Virus record (IMG/VR): IMGVR_UViG_3300049172_000088
Span: 1 to 64,000 of that record
DNA length: 64,000 nucleotides
Source: a virus
Taxonomy: Duplodnaviria; Caudoviricetes
Direction: 5' to 3' (one strand)
The translations under genes were made by a program, and so were the position numbers. Below are positions 18,267-27,843 of the stretch, piece by piece; the first letter of the stretch is position 1, and every line of letters starts with the position of its first letter. The notes below the pieces were generated by a model. The model had not been told where the DNA came from, did no database searches, and saw nothing but the letters and a program-made list of their open reading frames with translations.

Positions 18267-19404
18267 GTCCTGTCCTTGATGGCTTCGATCCAGTTGGCGG
18301 CGGTGCCCGCCACGCGGGCGAGCGCGGCGGTGAGGTCCTCGGGCTTCTCGCTGGCCATCGCGGCGTGGACGCCTTCGAGGAGCACATGCGCCCAGGTGAG
18401 CTCGCCGGCCAGTGCCGCGTTGGTGGCGGCCTGGCGGCTGTCGTCGGCGTCTTCCTGCCAGGCGTCGGTGTCGGTGCCGTCAGGGTGCTCGGGTCCGAGG
18501 CCCCACTGCTGCTCGTGCTGGCGCATGGCCTCGTCGACGACGTCGAGCACCGGCGGGCGCTCGACCGGCGGCGCGAGGTTTATCGCGGGGGCGCCAGCCG
18601 GGGGCTGCTCGCCGAAGTGGTTGAGCAGTGCCTGGTGGGCGGCCTTCCAGATCAGCCACGGCGTCAGGACGGTGACGGCCTGGCCGTCGTCGGTAGAGAC
18701 ACCGAGCCGGACGAACGCGCGCACGCCCACCGGCTCCACCGGGATCAGCACACCCACGCGCTTCAGGTCGCCGGCCGCGCCCTTGTAGTCGGCCCAGTCG
18801 TCTGGACTCAGGTCGAGTTCCAGCCTCATGACCAGCTCCCACCGACGGGAACGGGCAGGCCATGAAGCGCCGCGCCGGTCAGCTGCGCGACGACTCGCAA
18901 GGCCCGGACGAACGCGCCGCCGGGCGCACCTGCTGGGCTGGCGTAGAAGTGCTGCTCGACGTCGTCAGGCACTGGCCGCCGCTTGACGGCCGTCCACAGT
19001 CGCCCGTGAACGTCGACGCAGTATGCCCCGCAAATCTCGACGGCGTCAGGCCTCCGGTGAAAGGTCCTCTCGCGGTTGTCGCGCTCGAACTGCCGCCGCT
19101 CCATGGCGGACGCGCCAGCGGCCGGGGCCGCAACAGCATGCGCCTCGAACTGGAGCAGGAATGCTTGCAGGGTCTGCTCACCGGTTGACCGCTGATCGTT
19201 GATGGCGTCCAGCGCGGTCTTCGACATGACTTCGGGGTAGTTGCGCGGATCAATCGACGGGTGGATGGCCGCGAGTGTGCCAACGCCGATCTTCTCGCCG
19301 TCCCAGTTCAGCGTGGCGAACTGGTGCACCGAGTCCCACGCCGTGTGCTCGGTGACGAAGCGGGCGACGACTTCGGCCACGACCTCGCGCGAGGGGATCG
19401 ACAT
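18263..19404 (-). CDS. Two hypothetical ORFs (18263-18829, 18826-19404)
   Basis: Coupled ORFs; the first ends in a dNTP-pyrophosphatase-like helical segment (LTWAHVLLEGV.AAMA...LARVAGTAANWIEAI). Confidence 0.55.
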
Positions 19405-19907
19405 CAGGTCTCCTGGGGGGCTCGGTTGGCCAACCAGGCGGCGGCCATCTCTGCATGCTTGGGGGTGAGGCCCACCCGGGGACCGACGTGCACGATCAGG
19501 TGCTCGCCGACGCCGGGGTGGTCCTTCAGGTAGCGGGCATCGGCCGCGGTCAGGTCGTCGTCGAACCACACGAACGGCCTGCCGTTGACGTACTCGGCGA
19601 CCGGCGGCGTCTTCGGGTGCACGCCCGGCTCGCCCGGGTGCGTCCTGACCTCGATGACAGGCAGCTCCGGCAGGCCGATCCGGGGGCCGATCTCCCGGTT
19701 GGCGTCGTGGTCCCACGTGGTCGCCCACACCAGCTCAGCGCCCGTCTCAGCGGCCAGCGTGAGCAGCATGGGCCCGTGGTCCGGGTTGAGGATGACGTTC
19801 CAGGTCGTCCCGTCGGCCACGGCCCGATGCTTCTCCCACTGCGGGCCCTGCCGCTGCCACGGGTTCAGCACCCCGTCGACGTCGATGAGGATCAGCGCGT
19901 CACTCAT
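19404..19907 (-). CDS. HAD-superfamily phosphatase (Swiss-Army-knife RNA-repair-like HAD)
   Basis: LILIDVDGVLNP, VWATTW, KTP, PFVWFDDD. Confidence 0.85.
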   Translation of the reverse strand: MSDALILIDVDGVLNPWQRQGPQWEKHRAVADGTTWNVILNPDHGPMLLTLAAETGAELVWATTWDHDANREIGPRIGLPELPVIEVRTHPGEPGVHPKTPPVAEYVNGRPFVWFDDDLTAADARYLKDHPGVGEHLIVHVGPRVGLTPKHAEMAAAWLANRAPQET

Positions 19908-20259
19908 CGACGTCCACCCCCGCCGCGTCCAAGATGGCCTCGCACACGTCCCACGCGTCCTCCGGCGGGATGTGCACGGCGGCCAGGACGCCGTTCGTCG
20001 CCTCGACGGCGACGGCCGCGTGCGGCGTGCCGTCGTAGTCGACGCGCCGCACCTCCATCACGTCGCCATCGCGGTCCTCGTACTCGAACACGTCATCCAC
20101 GGGTGACTCCATCCAGGAAGCGGGCGCCGGCGTCGACCGCGCCGGCCGCAACGCCGATCACGGCACGGACGGCGGCGGCCGCCGACTCGGGGCGCGAGAA
20201 CATGAACCAGACCAGGACGGCGAGGCCGAACCCGATCAGCACCAGGCGCAGGATGCGGA

Positions 20260-20667
20260 TCATGACGCCTCCTGCTCGGTGCCGTCGGGCCAGACGATGC
20301 GGGGTCGTTCCTCGACCGCGCGGCCGTCCACGATGCGGACTCGCCAGATGTCGGGCGACTGCTCACCGGTGACGACCATGACGCCGTCGAAGGTGTGGCC
20401 CGGGTGCGCGTCGATGATGGCCTGCACCTCACCGTCCAGGTTCCGAACGCGGAGCTCGTCGGCTTCGGACGGGCGGATCGCGATCGCCTGCTTGCGGACC
20501 AGCGTCCCGTCGTCGGTCTCTACGGTGTCCTCGACCAGCCGCAGCCAGGTCAGCCGGTCCCACTCGTTGCGCTCCGGCGTGCGGATGAACACGCTGCTCT
20601 GGAGCTCACCCCACGGGATTGGCGGGTGGATCGTGATCTCGCCCGCGATGTGGCTGGTGTAGCCCAT
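20260..20667 (-). CDS. DUF6205-like protein
   Basis: MGYTSHIAGEITIHPPIPW...GEQSPDIWRVRIVDGRAVEERPRIVWPDG. Confidence 0.6.
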   Translation of the reverse strand: MGYTSHIAGEITIHPPIPWGELQSSVFIRTPERNEWDRLTWLRLVEDTVETDDGTLVRKQAIAIRPSEADELRVRNLDGEVQAIIDAHPGHTFDGVMVVTGEQSPDIWRVRIVDGRAVEERPRIVWPDGTEQEAS

Positions 20668-21188
20668 CACTTCACCTGCGCCACGAGCGAGACCGGCGTC
20701 TTGATGTCGAGCGGCCGATCCGACTGGATGAAGTCGGTCGTCCACGTCACCAGCACGTCATCGGTGGTGAAGGCGAAGACACCCTGTTCGTTCCCGCCGT
20801 ACGTGCCGTCGTCGCCGGCGGAGTCCACGACGTACTTCTCCGTGCACGACGCGCAGGTGGAGTCGGCGAGGTCGTCCTGCGGCAGGAGCTGGCTGCTGAC
20901 GGACGTGACCTTGCCCTTGATCGTGTAGTAGGTGATGACCGCGCCGTCCTTGCCGAGGAGGTAGACGTATGAGATGCGGTCGCGGTCGTTGCTGCGCCTC
21001 AGGTACTTGGCGATGTTGGCCCGGTCGAGTGGGTACTGGAGCTGTCCGGCCGGGAAGGGGACGGCGGCCTCGTACTTGCGCTGCTGCTCGCTGCTGGCCT
21101 TCTGTGCGGCCTCGCGCTCCGGGTTGCCGGTGCACGCGGTGATGGCGAGCAGGGTGGCGGCCAGGGCCGCGATGAGCTTGATCCTCAC
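20667..21188 (-). CDS. Lipoprotein
   Basis: Lipobox LLAITAC; YVYLLG...YYTIKGKVTSVSSQL...DDGTYGGN. Confidence 0.8.
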   Translation of the reverse strand: MRIKLIAALAATLLAITACTGNPEREAAQKASSEQQRKYEAAVPFPAGQLQYPLDRANIAKYLRRSNDRDRISYVYLLGKDGAVITYYTIKGKVTSVSSQLLPQDDLADSTCASCTEKYVVDSAGDDGTYGGNEQGVFAFTTDDVLVTWTTDFIQSDRPLDIKTPVSLVAQVK

Positions 21189-21200
21189 GAGGGTCTCCGG

Positions 21201-21641
21201 TCAGTTGCAGGTGGGGGTGGTGTCGTCGAGCCGCTCGGGCAGGCGGCCGTCCTTGAAGAGGCTCTTGTTGGCCTTGGCCGAGTCGGCGTTGTAGTCCTCG
21301 GCCAGGTCGGCGCGCTGGCTCTTGAGGCCGGCCAGCTCGGTGTCGAGCCGGTCGCGCTTGGGCGCGGCCTGGTAGCGGTCGGACGGGTCGCCGTCGGGGT
21401 GCCGCCGGTCGTACGCCGCGATCTCGTCCTGCTTGTCGGCGATCTTCTTGTCGATGGCGCGCACGCTGGCGCACAGGTCGTGGAAGCCCTCGTACGTGTT
21501 GATCACGTTGTCGGCGTTGCCGACCTTCTCCCGCACCTCGCTTGCGGTGCGGACGGGCTGTGTGATCCAGCCGACCAGAACAAAGCCCAGCCAGACGGCG
21601 ACGATCGTGCCGAGGATGGCGAACCACCAGCGCACCATCAC
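21201..21641 (-). CDS. Membrane-anchored coiled-coil partner of the lipoprotein
   Basis: N-terminal TM helix; YEGFHDLC; DYNADSAKANKSLFK...LP. Confidence 0.7.
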   Translation of the reverse strand: MMVRWWFAILGTIVAVWLGFVLVGWITQPVRTASEVREKVGNADNVINTYEGFHDLCASVRAIDKKIADKQDEIAAYDRRHPDGDPSDRYQAAPKRDRLDTELAGLKSQRADLAEDYNADSAKANKSLFKDGRLPERLDDTTPTCN

Positions 21642-22141
21642 GCCTCCTCGGGGGTGTTGGCGAGCAGCGCGGCCAAGCCCGACGCGATCATCTCCACCTC
21701 GTGCTGCATCTCCGTGACCGTGAGCTTGGAGTTGCTGTTCACGCGGGCGGCGTACTGCACCCAGTGGTTCAGGCCGGCGCGGAGCCGGGCGACCTCGACC
21801 TCGTGCAGGAGGCCGGAGATCCGCTTGAGCGTGCCCTGGGCGAGCTGGAGCTGGCCCTCTTCGTCGAGGGTGCCCTGTGCGGTCCGCTGGAGGTGTAGGG
21901 CACGCATGGCCTCGCGGATCGCGCCCTCCTGGTCTCGGTTCGGGATCTCCATGTGGGTGATCCGGACCGTCACCTTGGGGTCGCCGTCGGCGTCTGGTGC
22001 GGGCTGCGTGCGCTCGATGTGGCGGGCCTCGCCGACGAACAGCAGGCTCGCCCCGGGCCGGTCGTAGATGCCGCGGATGTGCGGCTGGAGCGCGTCGGCG
22101 GCGGCGCGGGCCATGGAGCTGTCGAACTTCAATTTGGTCAC
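21638..22141 (-). CDS. Hypothetical protein
   Basis: 167 aa from GTG 22141. Confidence 0.6.
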   Translation of the reverse strand: MTKLKFDSSMARAAADALQPHIRGIYDRPGASLLFVGEARHIERTQPAPDADGDPKVTVRITHMEIPNRDQEGAIREAMRALHLQRTAQGTLDEEGQLQLAQGTLKRISGLLHEVEVARLRAGLNHWVQYAARVNSNSKLTVTEMQHEVEMIASGLAALLANTPEEA

Positions 22142-22198
22142 GCGGTCTCCTCGTTGATGGGGTGAACTGATCGGGGGCGAGCCGGGGACGTTGGCTCG

Positions 22199-22271
22199 TG
22201 CGGGCAGGGGGATTCGAACCCCCACCGGGCGATGTTTAAGATCGCTGCGTCTGCCGTTGCGCCATGCCCGC
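22199..22271 (-). tRNA. tRNA-Leu(UAA)-like, 73 nt, short variable loop, no encoded CCA
   Basis: GCGGGCA TG GCGCAACGGCAGACGC A GCGAT CTTAAAC ATCGC CCGGT GGGGG TTCGAAT CCCCC TGCCCGC A. Acceptor, anticodon and T stems pair fully; anticodon TAA; discriminator A73. Confidence 0.85.
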
Positions 22272-22309
22272 AGGTCTGACCTCGGCGGGTCAACGGGGCG
22301 GTGGCCCAG

Positions 22310-22792
22310 TCATGCGAGCTCCCAGATCCGGATCAAGACGCCCGGTTGATGCAGGGCGTCAGGGTGGATGACGGGGAAGGTGACAATGGCCCGGCCGTCG
22401 ATCACCTGGCTGTCGTCGGCGTAGACCACGCCGGTGAGGGCGTCACCGATCGCGCGGGCGTAGTGGTCCCAGTCCGAGCTGCCTCGCGTTATCGGCCAGC
22501 GCCCGGTGACCGACTTCGGCCGCTCGACGGTGACGACTGCCTCCAGGCGGACCGGCCCGAGCAGCTCGCCGTGCACCTTCTTCGCGACGCCGCACCAGAT
22601 GCAGGGGTTCTTGCCGGCGGCCTCCCACTCGTGGGCGCCAGTGTTGTCGATGGCGGCCTGGCGGACCTTGCCGCGCCACTCCTTCAGCTCGTCGCCGTTG
22701 GCGTGACGGAGCTTGCCGTGGCGTGTGCCACGCAGGTTGCCCTGGCCAGCCGGGACGCCGTACACGGTGAACTGGAAGCGCGGGGCCGTCAT
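22310..22792 (-). CDS. RusA-like Holliday junction resolvase
   Basis: FTVYGVPAGQGN...DWDHYARAIGDALTGVVYADDSQVID. Confidence 0.85.
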   Translation of the reverse strand: MTAPRFQFTVYGVPAGQGNLRGTRHGKLRHANGDELKEWRGKVRQAAIDNTGAHEWEAAGKNPCIWCGVAKKVHGELLGPVRLEAVVTVERPKSVTGRWPITRGSSDWDHYARAIGDALTGVVYADDSQVIDGRAIVTFPVIHPDALHQPGVLIRIWELA

Positions 22793-23541
22793 GCCGCACC
22801 TGCCTTCGCCTCGCGCGAAGCGGCGGCACGCTTGACGCTGCGCTCGTGCTCGCACGTCTTGCAGACGCGGCTGGTATGGCGCTTGCCCCGGAGAATCCGC
22901 TTGCGCTCGTAGGTGTTCTCCGGCGTCCACTCGTGGCCGTTGCCGCAGTGGGTGGCCCGCTCGACGCTGTGCGACCCGACCCGGCGGTCCGTCTGCCGGA
23001 GTCGGCGCGGCGTCTCGCCCTCGTGCCACAGCCGCTGCACGGACTTGCGCGCAGTTCCGATCCGCGCCACGAGCGCCTTGTAGCTGATGCCGAGCAGGTC
23101 GGCCGCTCCCATGTAGTCGTCTGCCGTGGCCAGGGCAACCACTGCGTCGCGGTACACGTCGCTCAGCCGGGTGAGGACCTGGCTGACCGCAAGGCGTTCG
23201 ACGATGCGCTCTTCGTGGCTGGGCTCGATCGGCCGGTACCAGTAGGCGACGAACCGCGGCCCGCTGGCGTGTCCGGCGTCCCAGGCCCGGTCGGCGTAGC
23301 CGTAGTGGCGGTAGCCGTCGCGGACCTCGCGGTAGATGGCCTGCCAACCGACGCGGATCAGCTCCTGCCGGCTGGGCGGTTGCTCGGCGGCGCACAGGTG
23401 CTCGGCGATGGCCGACCATGCCGCGTCGCGGCGGTCGCGGATGTCGGCGGCCATGGAGCGGTCGGCCACCAGCGCGGCCCGGGTCATCTGCTCCAGGTCC
23501 GCCATGGTGTAGCCGTGCCGCACCTCGATGTCCCTGATCAC
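22789..23541 (-). CDS. Sigma-70 region-4-like HTH protein with a C-terminal CGNGHEW zinc motif
   Basis: LSDVYRDAVVAL...AADLLGISYKALVARI; THCGNGHEWTPENTY...CKTC. Confidence 0.6.
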   Translation of the reverse strand: MIRDIEVRHGYTMADLEQMTRAALVADRSMAADIRDRRDAAWSAIAEHLCAAEQPPSRQELIRVGWQAIYREVRDGYRHYGYADRAWDAGHASGPRFVAYWYRPIEPSHEERIVERLAVSQVLTRLSDVYRDAVVALATADDYMGAADLLGISYKALVARIGTARKSVQRLWHEGETPRRLRQTDRRVGSHSVERATHCGNGHEWTPENTYERKRILRGKRHTSRVCKTCEHERSVKRAAASREAKAGAA

Positions 23542-25642
23542 TTCTGCGCCACCTCCTTGGCCGCCTGCTCACACAGCTCGTGGCGGGCGCAGAAGTGCAT
23601 GCCGGCGAACGTGACGCCGCCCGGCTGGTAGGCCAGGACGGCGAGGGCTCGTGCTGTGGTGGCGAACACGCTCACCGTGCCGCGGCCGCCGTATTGGAGG
23701 GTGTCGCCGTGCTGGCCGATCTGCACGCCAGCGCTGCGTACCTCGGCGGCCCGCTGCTCGGGCGTCAGGTCCTGCAGCTTGAGCATCTCGATGTGCACGG
23801 CGGCGCCCAGCGAGGCCGCCAAGAGCTGGCCATTCGCCATCACGCAACCCCCTCGACCGGCTCTGGCGGCACGGGCACGGCCTGCACGCGGACCGGCAGC
23901 AGCAGGGCCACGCCCGACGCCGTCTTGGAGGACGCCCACACGAGCGCCCCGTGACGGGAGCCGACCTGCCACACCGGGCCGCCGACCGGGACGTTCCACG
24001 CCCGCCACATGTCCGCGTCGACCACGACGTGCTGGCCGTCGGAACGCTCCAGCAGCCGACGAGTGACCAGGCCGTCCTCGTAGAACCAGCGGGTCGGCAT
24101 GACGGCCGTCCGGTTGGTGGCCGTCAGGATCGGCAGCATCTCGCTCTGCACGAGCGCCAGGCCGAACGACGGCTCGCACTCCAGCCGCGCCAGGCCGTCG
24201 GTGCGCATCCGGTAGCAGCCGTCCAGCGGCCGGTCCAGCCATCCGTGGTGCATGTCGGTCAGCTCGATGCAGCCATACGGCCAGGCCGCCCACCGGCGCC
24301 CGTCCGGGCCGGACACGACCGTCAGCCGCCGCTCCCGGCCGCTGGCGGCGCTGGCCATCTGCCGCAGCCGAGCCATCGTCAGCCCGCTCATGACGCCGCC
24401 TCGAACAGCGACGTCTGCTCGATGACCTCCAGGCGGTGCACGCCGGGCCACGAGCCGGTGCGCCACCACTCGGCGTGCGCCTGCGCATCCTGCCGGGCGC
24501 GCTCGCCGGACGCGTGCTCAGGCTGGCAGCGGCCGGAGCGGAGCCGCCCGTCCACCATGCGGCGGCCGGGGTGCGGGCAGCAGCCGCATCGGTTGTCGTG
24601 GCACGGCGTCAGGTCGGGGTTGAGGTGTCCCCAGTACTCCGCCCAGGGGCGGCCGTCGTCGGTCCGGCCGGTGAGAGTGGTGCCGCCGATGAAACCTTCA
24701 ACGACGCCTCGGAACCCGCTGACGGCGTTGTCGTTGAGGTGCTGCCCGTGGTGGACGTGGTAGCCACTGAAGCCGTGCATCTGCACGCGGTCGCCCGCCT
24801 TGTACGGGCAGTGCTTCGGGATCTCAGACACTCGCCACCTCCTCGAACCGCTGAATCGCGGCGACGAGCTTGCGCATCGCCTCCGGGGAGCTGCCGGTGG
24901 CGTGACCCTTGACGACGGTGCCGTTCAGCGTGCCGTCGAGGTCGAGCCGCCACCAGCCGCCACCGATGTCGGTGACTGTCGCCCAGGGCCAGGTCTCGGT
25001 CACAGAACCACCGCCGGCTTGGGTTCGCCGTTCAGGTGCCATTCGCGGTGCTCCGCCTGGTCCACGCGGGCGTTTTCGATGTGCGCCCACGTCCGGCCGG
25101 CCCACGGCTGGCCGTCCATGGCGGTGCAGTTCTCGGCGCGGCAGACGGCCTGGTACCGGCCGCCGTTGGCCAGCTCGATCGCGACGCGCGCCATCAGCAG
25201 CTCCTCTCGATGGGCACGGGCCGCTGAGCGCGGTGCCACTGGCGATGCGCCTTCGCTTCGTCCTCGGCACCGACCTTGACCACGTGGACGCCGCTCTGCC
25301 ATGGCCCGTTCTCGGGCCCTTCGGTGCAGTCACGGGTCTGGCAGACCGCCTGGTGACCGCCCTCGACGGGCTTGACCAGGACGGCGATGCGGGCCGCCAT
25401 CACGGCTCCTCTCTGGGTCGGGTGAGCGCGGCCTTGCGCTCCAGGTACTCGTCGGGCAGGCCCTGGGACGGCCGGGCCTCGGGTGGCGGCTGGAGAGCCT
25501 CGATGGCACGCCAGCCGTGCCCGCGGACGATGTGCACCAGCTCGACGGCGCCAGTCGCCGGGTCGGCCACGCCGTGGTCGGTCAGCCAGCGGGCGATCGC
25601 CGACTGCAGGCGGCTGGAAGCGCTGGCGAACGGATCGCTCAT
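23538..25642 (-). CDS. Run of small hypothetical ORFs (23538-23840, 23840-24391, 24388-24831, 24824-about 25003, 25000-25194, 25194-25400, 25400-25642)
   Basis: Coupled ORFs; 25000-25194 and 25194-25400 are similar to each other (QAVC..C...W...H..WH). Confidence 0.55.
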
Positions 25643-26469
25643 GGGTCACCTGCCAGTCGGTCGGCCGCGCACGAGCGGCATGGCTGTTGGAGGAGGTGGA
25701 TCGGGCACTTCTCGGCCGGCCCGGCCACGGGCAGGAAGTCCCTTGGCCGCTCACGGACGGCCTTGGCCACGTAGTTGAGCCGCTTGTCGGGCTTCACCAA
25801 CCGGCCGCCGAGGATCTGCTGGCGCACGCTGGCGGCGTGGTTCGGCGAGACGGCGCGGCCGGTGAGCTCGGCGAGCAGGTCGGTGATCGTCTGATCGATC
25901 TTCAAGTCGTCGTCTGTCGGCGTCGCGCGCGCGTCACCTACGGAAAGGGACGACGACTGAGTTACTCCCTTCGAGTCAAAGACCGAAGGTCTTTGACTCT
26001 TGGGATGGGACGGGACGGGGGGACTCGCACCCGATTCAGATGACCGATCGGAGTACCGATCGGTGGAGCGATGTTCTCCCTGGCAGTAGGGGCAGTCAGG
26101 GTCGCTGATGCCCCTCGCCTCGTGCCATCGGCGATGGTTGCCGATCCGCCCGCCCGACGACTTCTTGCGTCGCTCTGTCACCACCTCCGTCTTCTTCAGA
26201 TTCCGGACCGTGCCGTCGCCGTCGGCGTCCCATTCGTGGAACTGGTATCCGCCCCGGACTCGCCTCCACAACCCCGCGCGCACGAGCTCTTTCGCCAACT
26301 CGACCTGACCTCGGCTCAATGACGGGATCTGGTGGTCTGGCACGAAACCATCGGTGAGATGGTGCGCCGACCACGAGCCAGCCACTGTCCACAGCCCGAT
26401 CGCAGCGAGCGACGCCGCTGTTTGCTTGGGGTGAGAATGAAGTCCGTCGTCTACCCGGAACCACGTCAC
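25639..26469 (-). CDS. Phage replication initiator protein
   Basis: TWFRVDDGLHSHPK...IGLW..AGSW...TDGFVP...YQFHEW; an upstream start at 26559 is also possible. Confidence 0.75.
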   Translation of the reverse strand: MTWFRVDDGLHSHPKQTAASLAAIGLWTVAGSWSAHHLTDGFVPDHQIPSLSRGQVELAKELVRAGLWRRVRGGYQFHEWDADGDGTVRNLKKTEVVTERRKKSSGGRIGNHRRWHEARGISDPDCPYCQGEHRSTDRYSDRSSESGASPPVPSHPKSQRPSVFDSKGVTQSSSLSVGDARATPTDDDLKIDQTITDLLAELTGRAVSPNHAASVRQQILGGRLVKPDKRLNYVAKAVRERPRDFLPVAGPAEKCPIHLLQQPCRSCAADRLAGDP

Positions 26470-26555
26470 CAGGCGCGGCCTGTGTCTCGTGACCCCGCGG
26501 ACGGGTCGAGCGAGTCCATGTGCGTTGTGCCTCCTCCTTCTCGTGAGCCGGGCCG

Positions 26556-26894
26556 TCATGGCGTCGCCGTACGCTCTCGCTGTGCGCGGGTGCGGGCGGC
26601 GTTCCGCCGGTGGTGCTCGGCGTCGTACGCGAGATGACACCTCTGACAGCACGCGAAGAGGTTCTCGTCGCGGCAGTCCTCGGGCTCGTGGTTGCGGTGC
26701 GCCGTGGTGAGCACGACCGTCGAGCTGGTCACCGGGTGCGGTTCACCGTGGCGGGCCTCGCACCGGATGCCGTGCTCCAGGCCGCACTCCCCCACGCACT
26801 CGCACCGGCCGCCGGCCCGCACGAACCTGATGCGCTGGCTGATCGCCGTCCAGTCGGCCGGATACCTGGTTCGGTTCTCGGGCTTGATCGGCAT
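26556..26894 (-). CDS. HNH-like zinc-binding protein
   Basis: MPIKPENRTRYPADW...RAGGRCEC...VVLTTAHRNHEPEDCRDENL...CQRCHLAYD. Confidence 0.75.
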   Translation of the reverse strand: MPIKPENRTRYPADWTAISQRIRFVRAGGRCECVGECGLEHGIRCEARHGEPHPVTSSTVVLTTAHRNHEPEDCRDENLFACCQRCHLAYDAEHHRRNAARTRAQRERTATP

Positions 26895-27145
26895 CAGGCC
26901 ACCGCCCGCTGCTTGACCAGAGCCCGGCGTTCGCGGGCCGTGAGCCCGCCCCAGATGCCCTCGCCTTCGCCGTTGGCCAGCGCGTATTCGCGGCACTCCC
27001 GCCAGACGGGGCAGCCGGTGCAGCGGCGCCGGGCGAGCCGGACCTCCTTCGGGTGCTCGACGCCGATGGGCCACCAGTCGTCGGGGTGGGCGAGGCCGGC
27101 GTCCACGAGCCGTTTGCACAGGGCGTTCTCGGTCCAGTGGGCCAT
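26894..27145 (-). CDS. whiB: WhiB-family Fe-S transcription factor
   Basis: C...C-x2-C-x5-C (RRCTGCPVWREC) plus GIWGGLT; AGGAGG RBS upstream of ATG 27145. Confidence 0.92.
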   Translation of the reverse strand: MAHWTENALCKRLVDAGLAHPDDWWPIGVEHPKEVRLARRRCTGCPVWRECREYALANGEGEGIWGGLTARERRALVKQRAVA

Positions 27146-27495
27146 GGTGCACCTCCTGCGGTGGGGCCTTGGCCCGGCCGGGCGTGCTTCGGCCGGGCCA
27201 GGGGTGGTGGTCCGTCTCCGCCCCCGACGGTCAGCGACGGACGTGTGCATCCAGGCCCGGCCGCGACCCCCCAGCTTTGGCCGGGCCTGGACGTTGTGGG
27301 CCCGTCCTGCCCCCGCCCCCCAGCTGGGGCACGACGGGCCGCCGGACGGTGTTGCCGCACCGTCCGGCTGTCCGGCGGCGCGCTCCTCGCTGCCGGGTGC
27401 CTGCGCCACCCCATCGGGGAAGAAGGGTGCGCAGGCGTCGCCGCGGCCGGAGCTGCCCGGAGGGCGCTCGACGGCGGCGGCGAGTCTGTGGGTGG

Positions 27496-27843
27496 TCATC
27501 GGGACGCCTCTGCTGCTGCGAGGACGCGCGTGATGGCGATGGCGGCGTGGTGGCGTGGCCCGATGAGGCTGCGCTCGACCCGGCCGACGACGGTGGCGGT
27601 GACGCCAGCGAGTCGGGCCACGTCGCGCTGGGTGAGCCCGAGCGCCTTGCGCCGGTCGGCGAACGTCGCGGTGGCGACGCCGACGGGTGCGCCGTCGGCG
27701 ATGGGCTTGGTAACGACGCGGACGGGCGCGGGCAGGGTACGGCTCACGAGCTGGCCGGCTGCCCAGCGTTCGGCGAGGCCGATGGCGCGTTCGACGGACA
27801 GTTCGTCGCTGAGGTCCCAGGTGACGGTGAGGAGTTGTCTCAT
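27496..27843 (-). CDS. XRE-family HTH protein
   Basis: RRKALGLTQRDVARLAGVTATVVGRVER. Confidence 0.8.
   Translation of the reverse strand: MRQLLTVTWDLSDELSVERAIGLAERWAAGQLVSRTLPAPVRVVTKPIADGAPVGVATATFADRRKALGLTQRDVARLAGVTATVVGRVERSLIGPRHHAAIAITRVLAAAEASR

Noticed and set aside
27166-27210. Fourth orphan GGC-NN unit upstream of whiB
   Set aside because: The apparent period comes from a hairpin (TGGCCCGGCCG / CGGCCGGGCCA). There is no GGCA terminus and only about 6 imperfect units.
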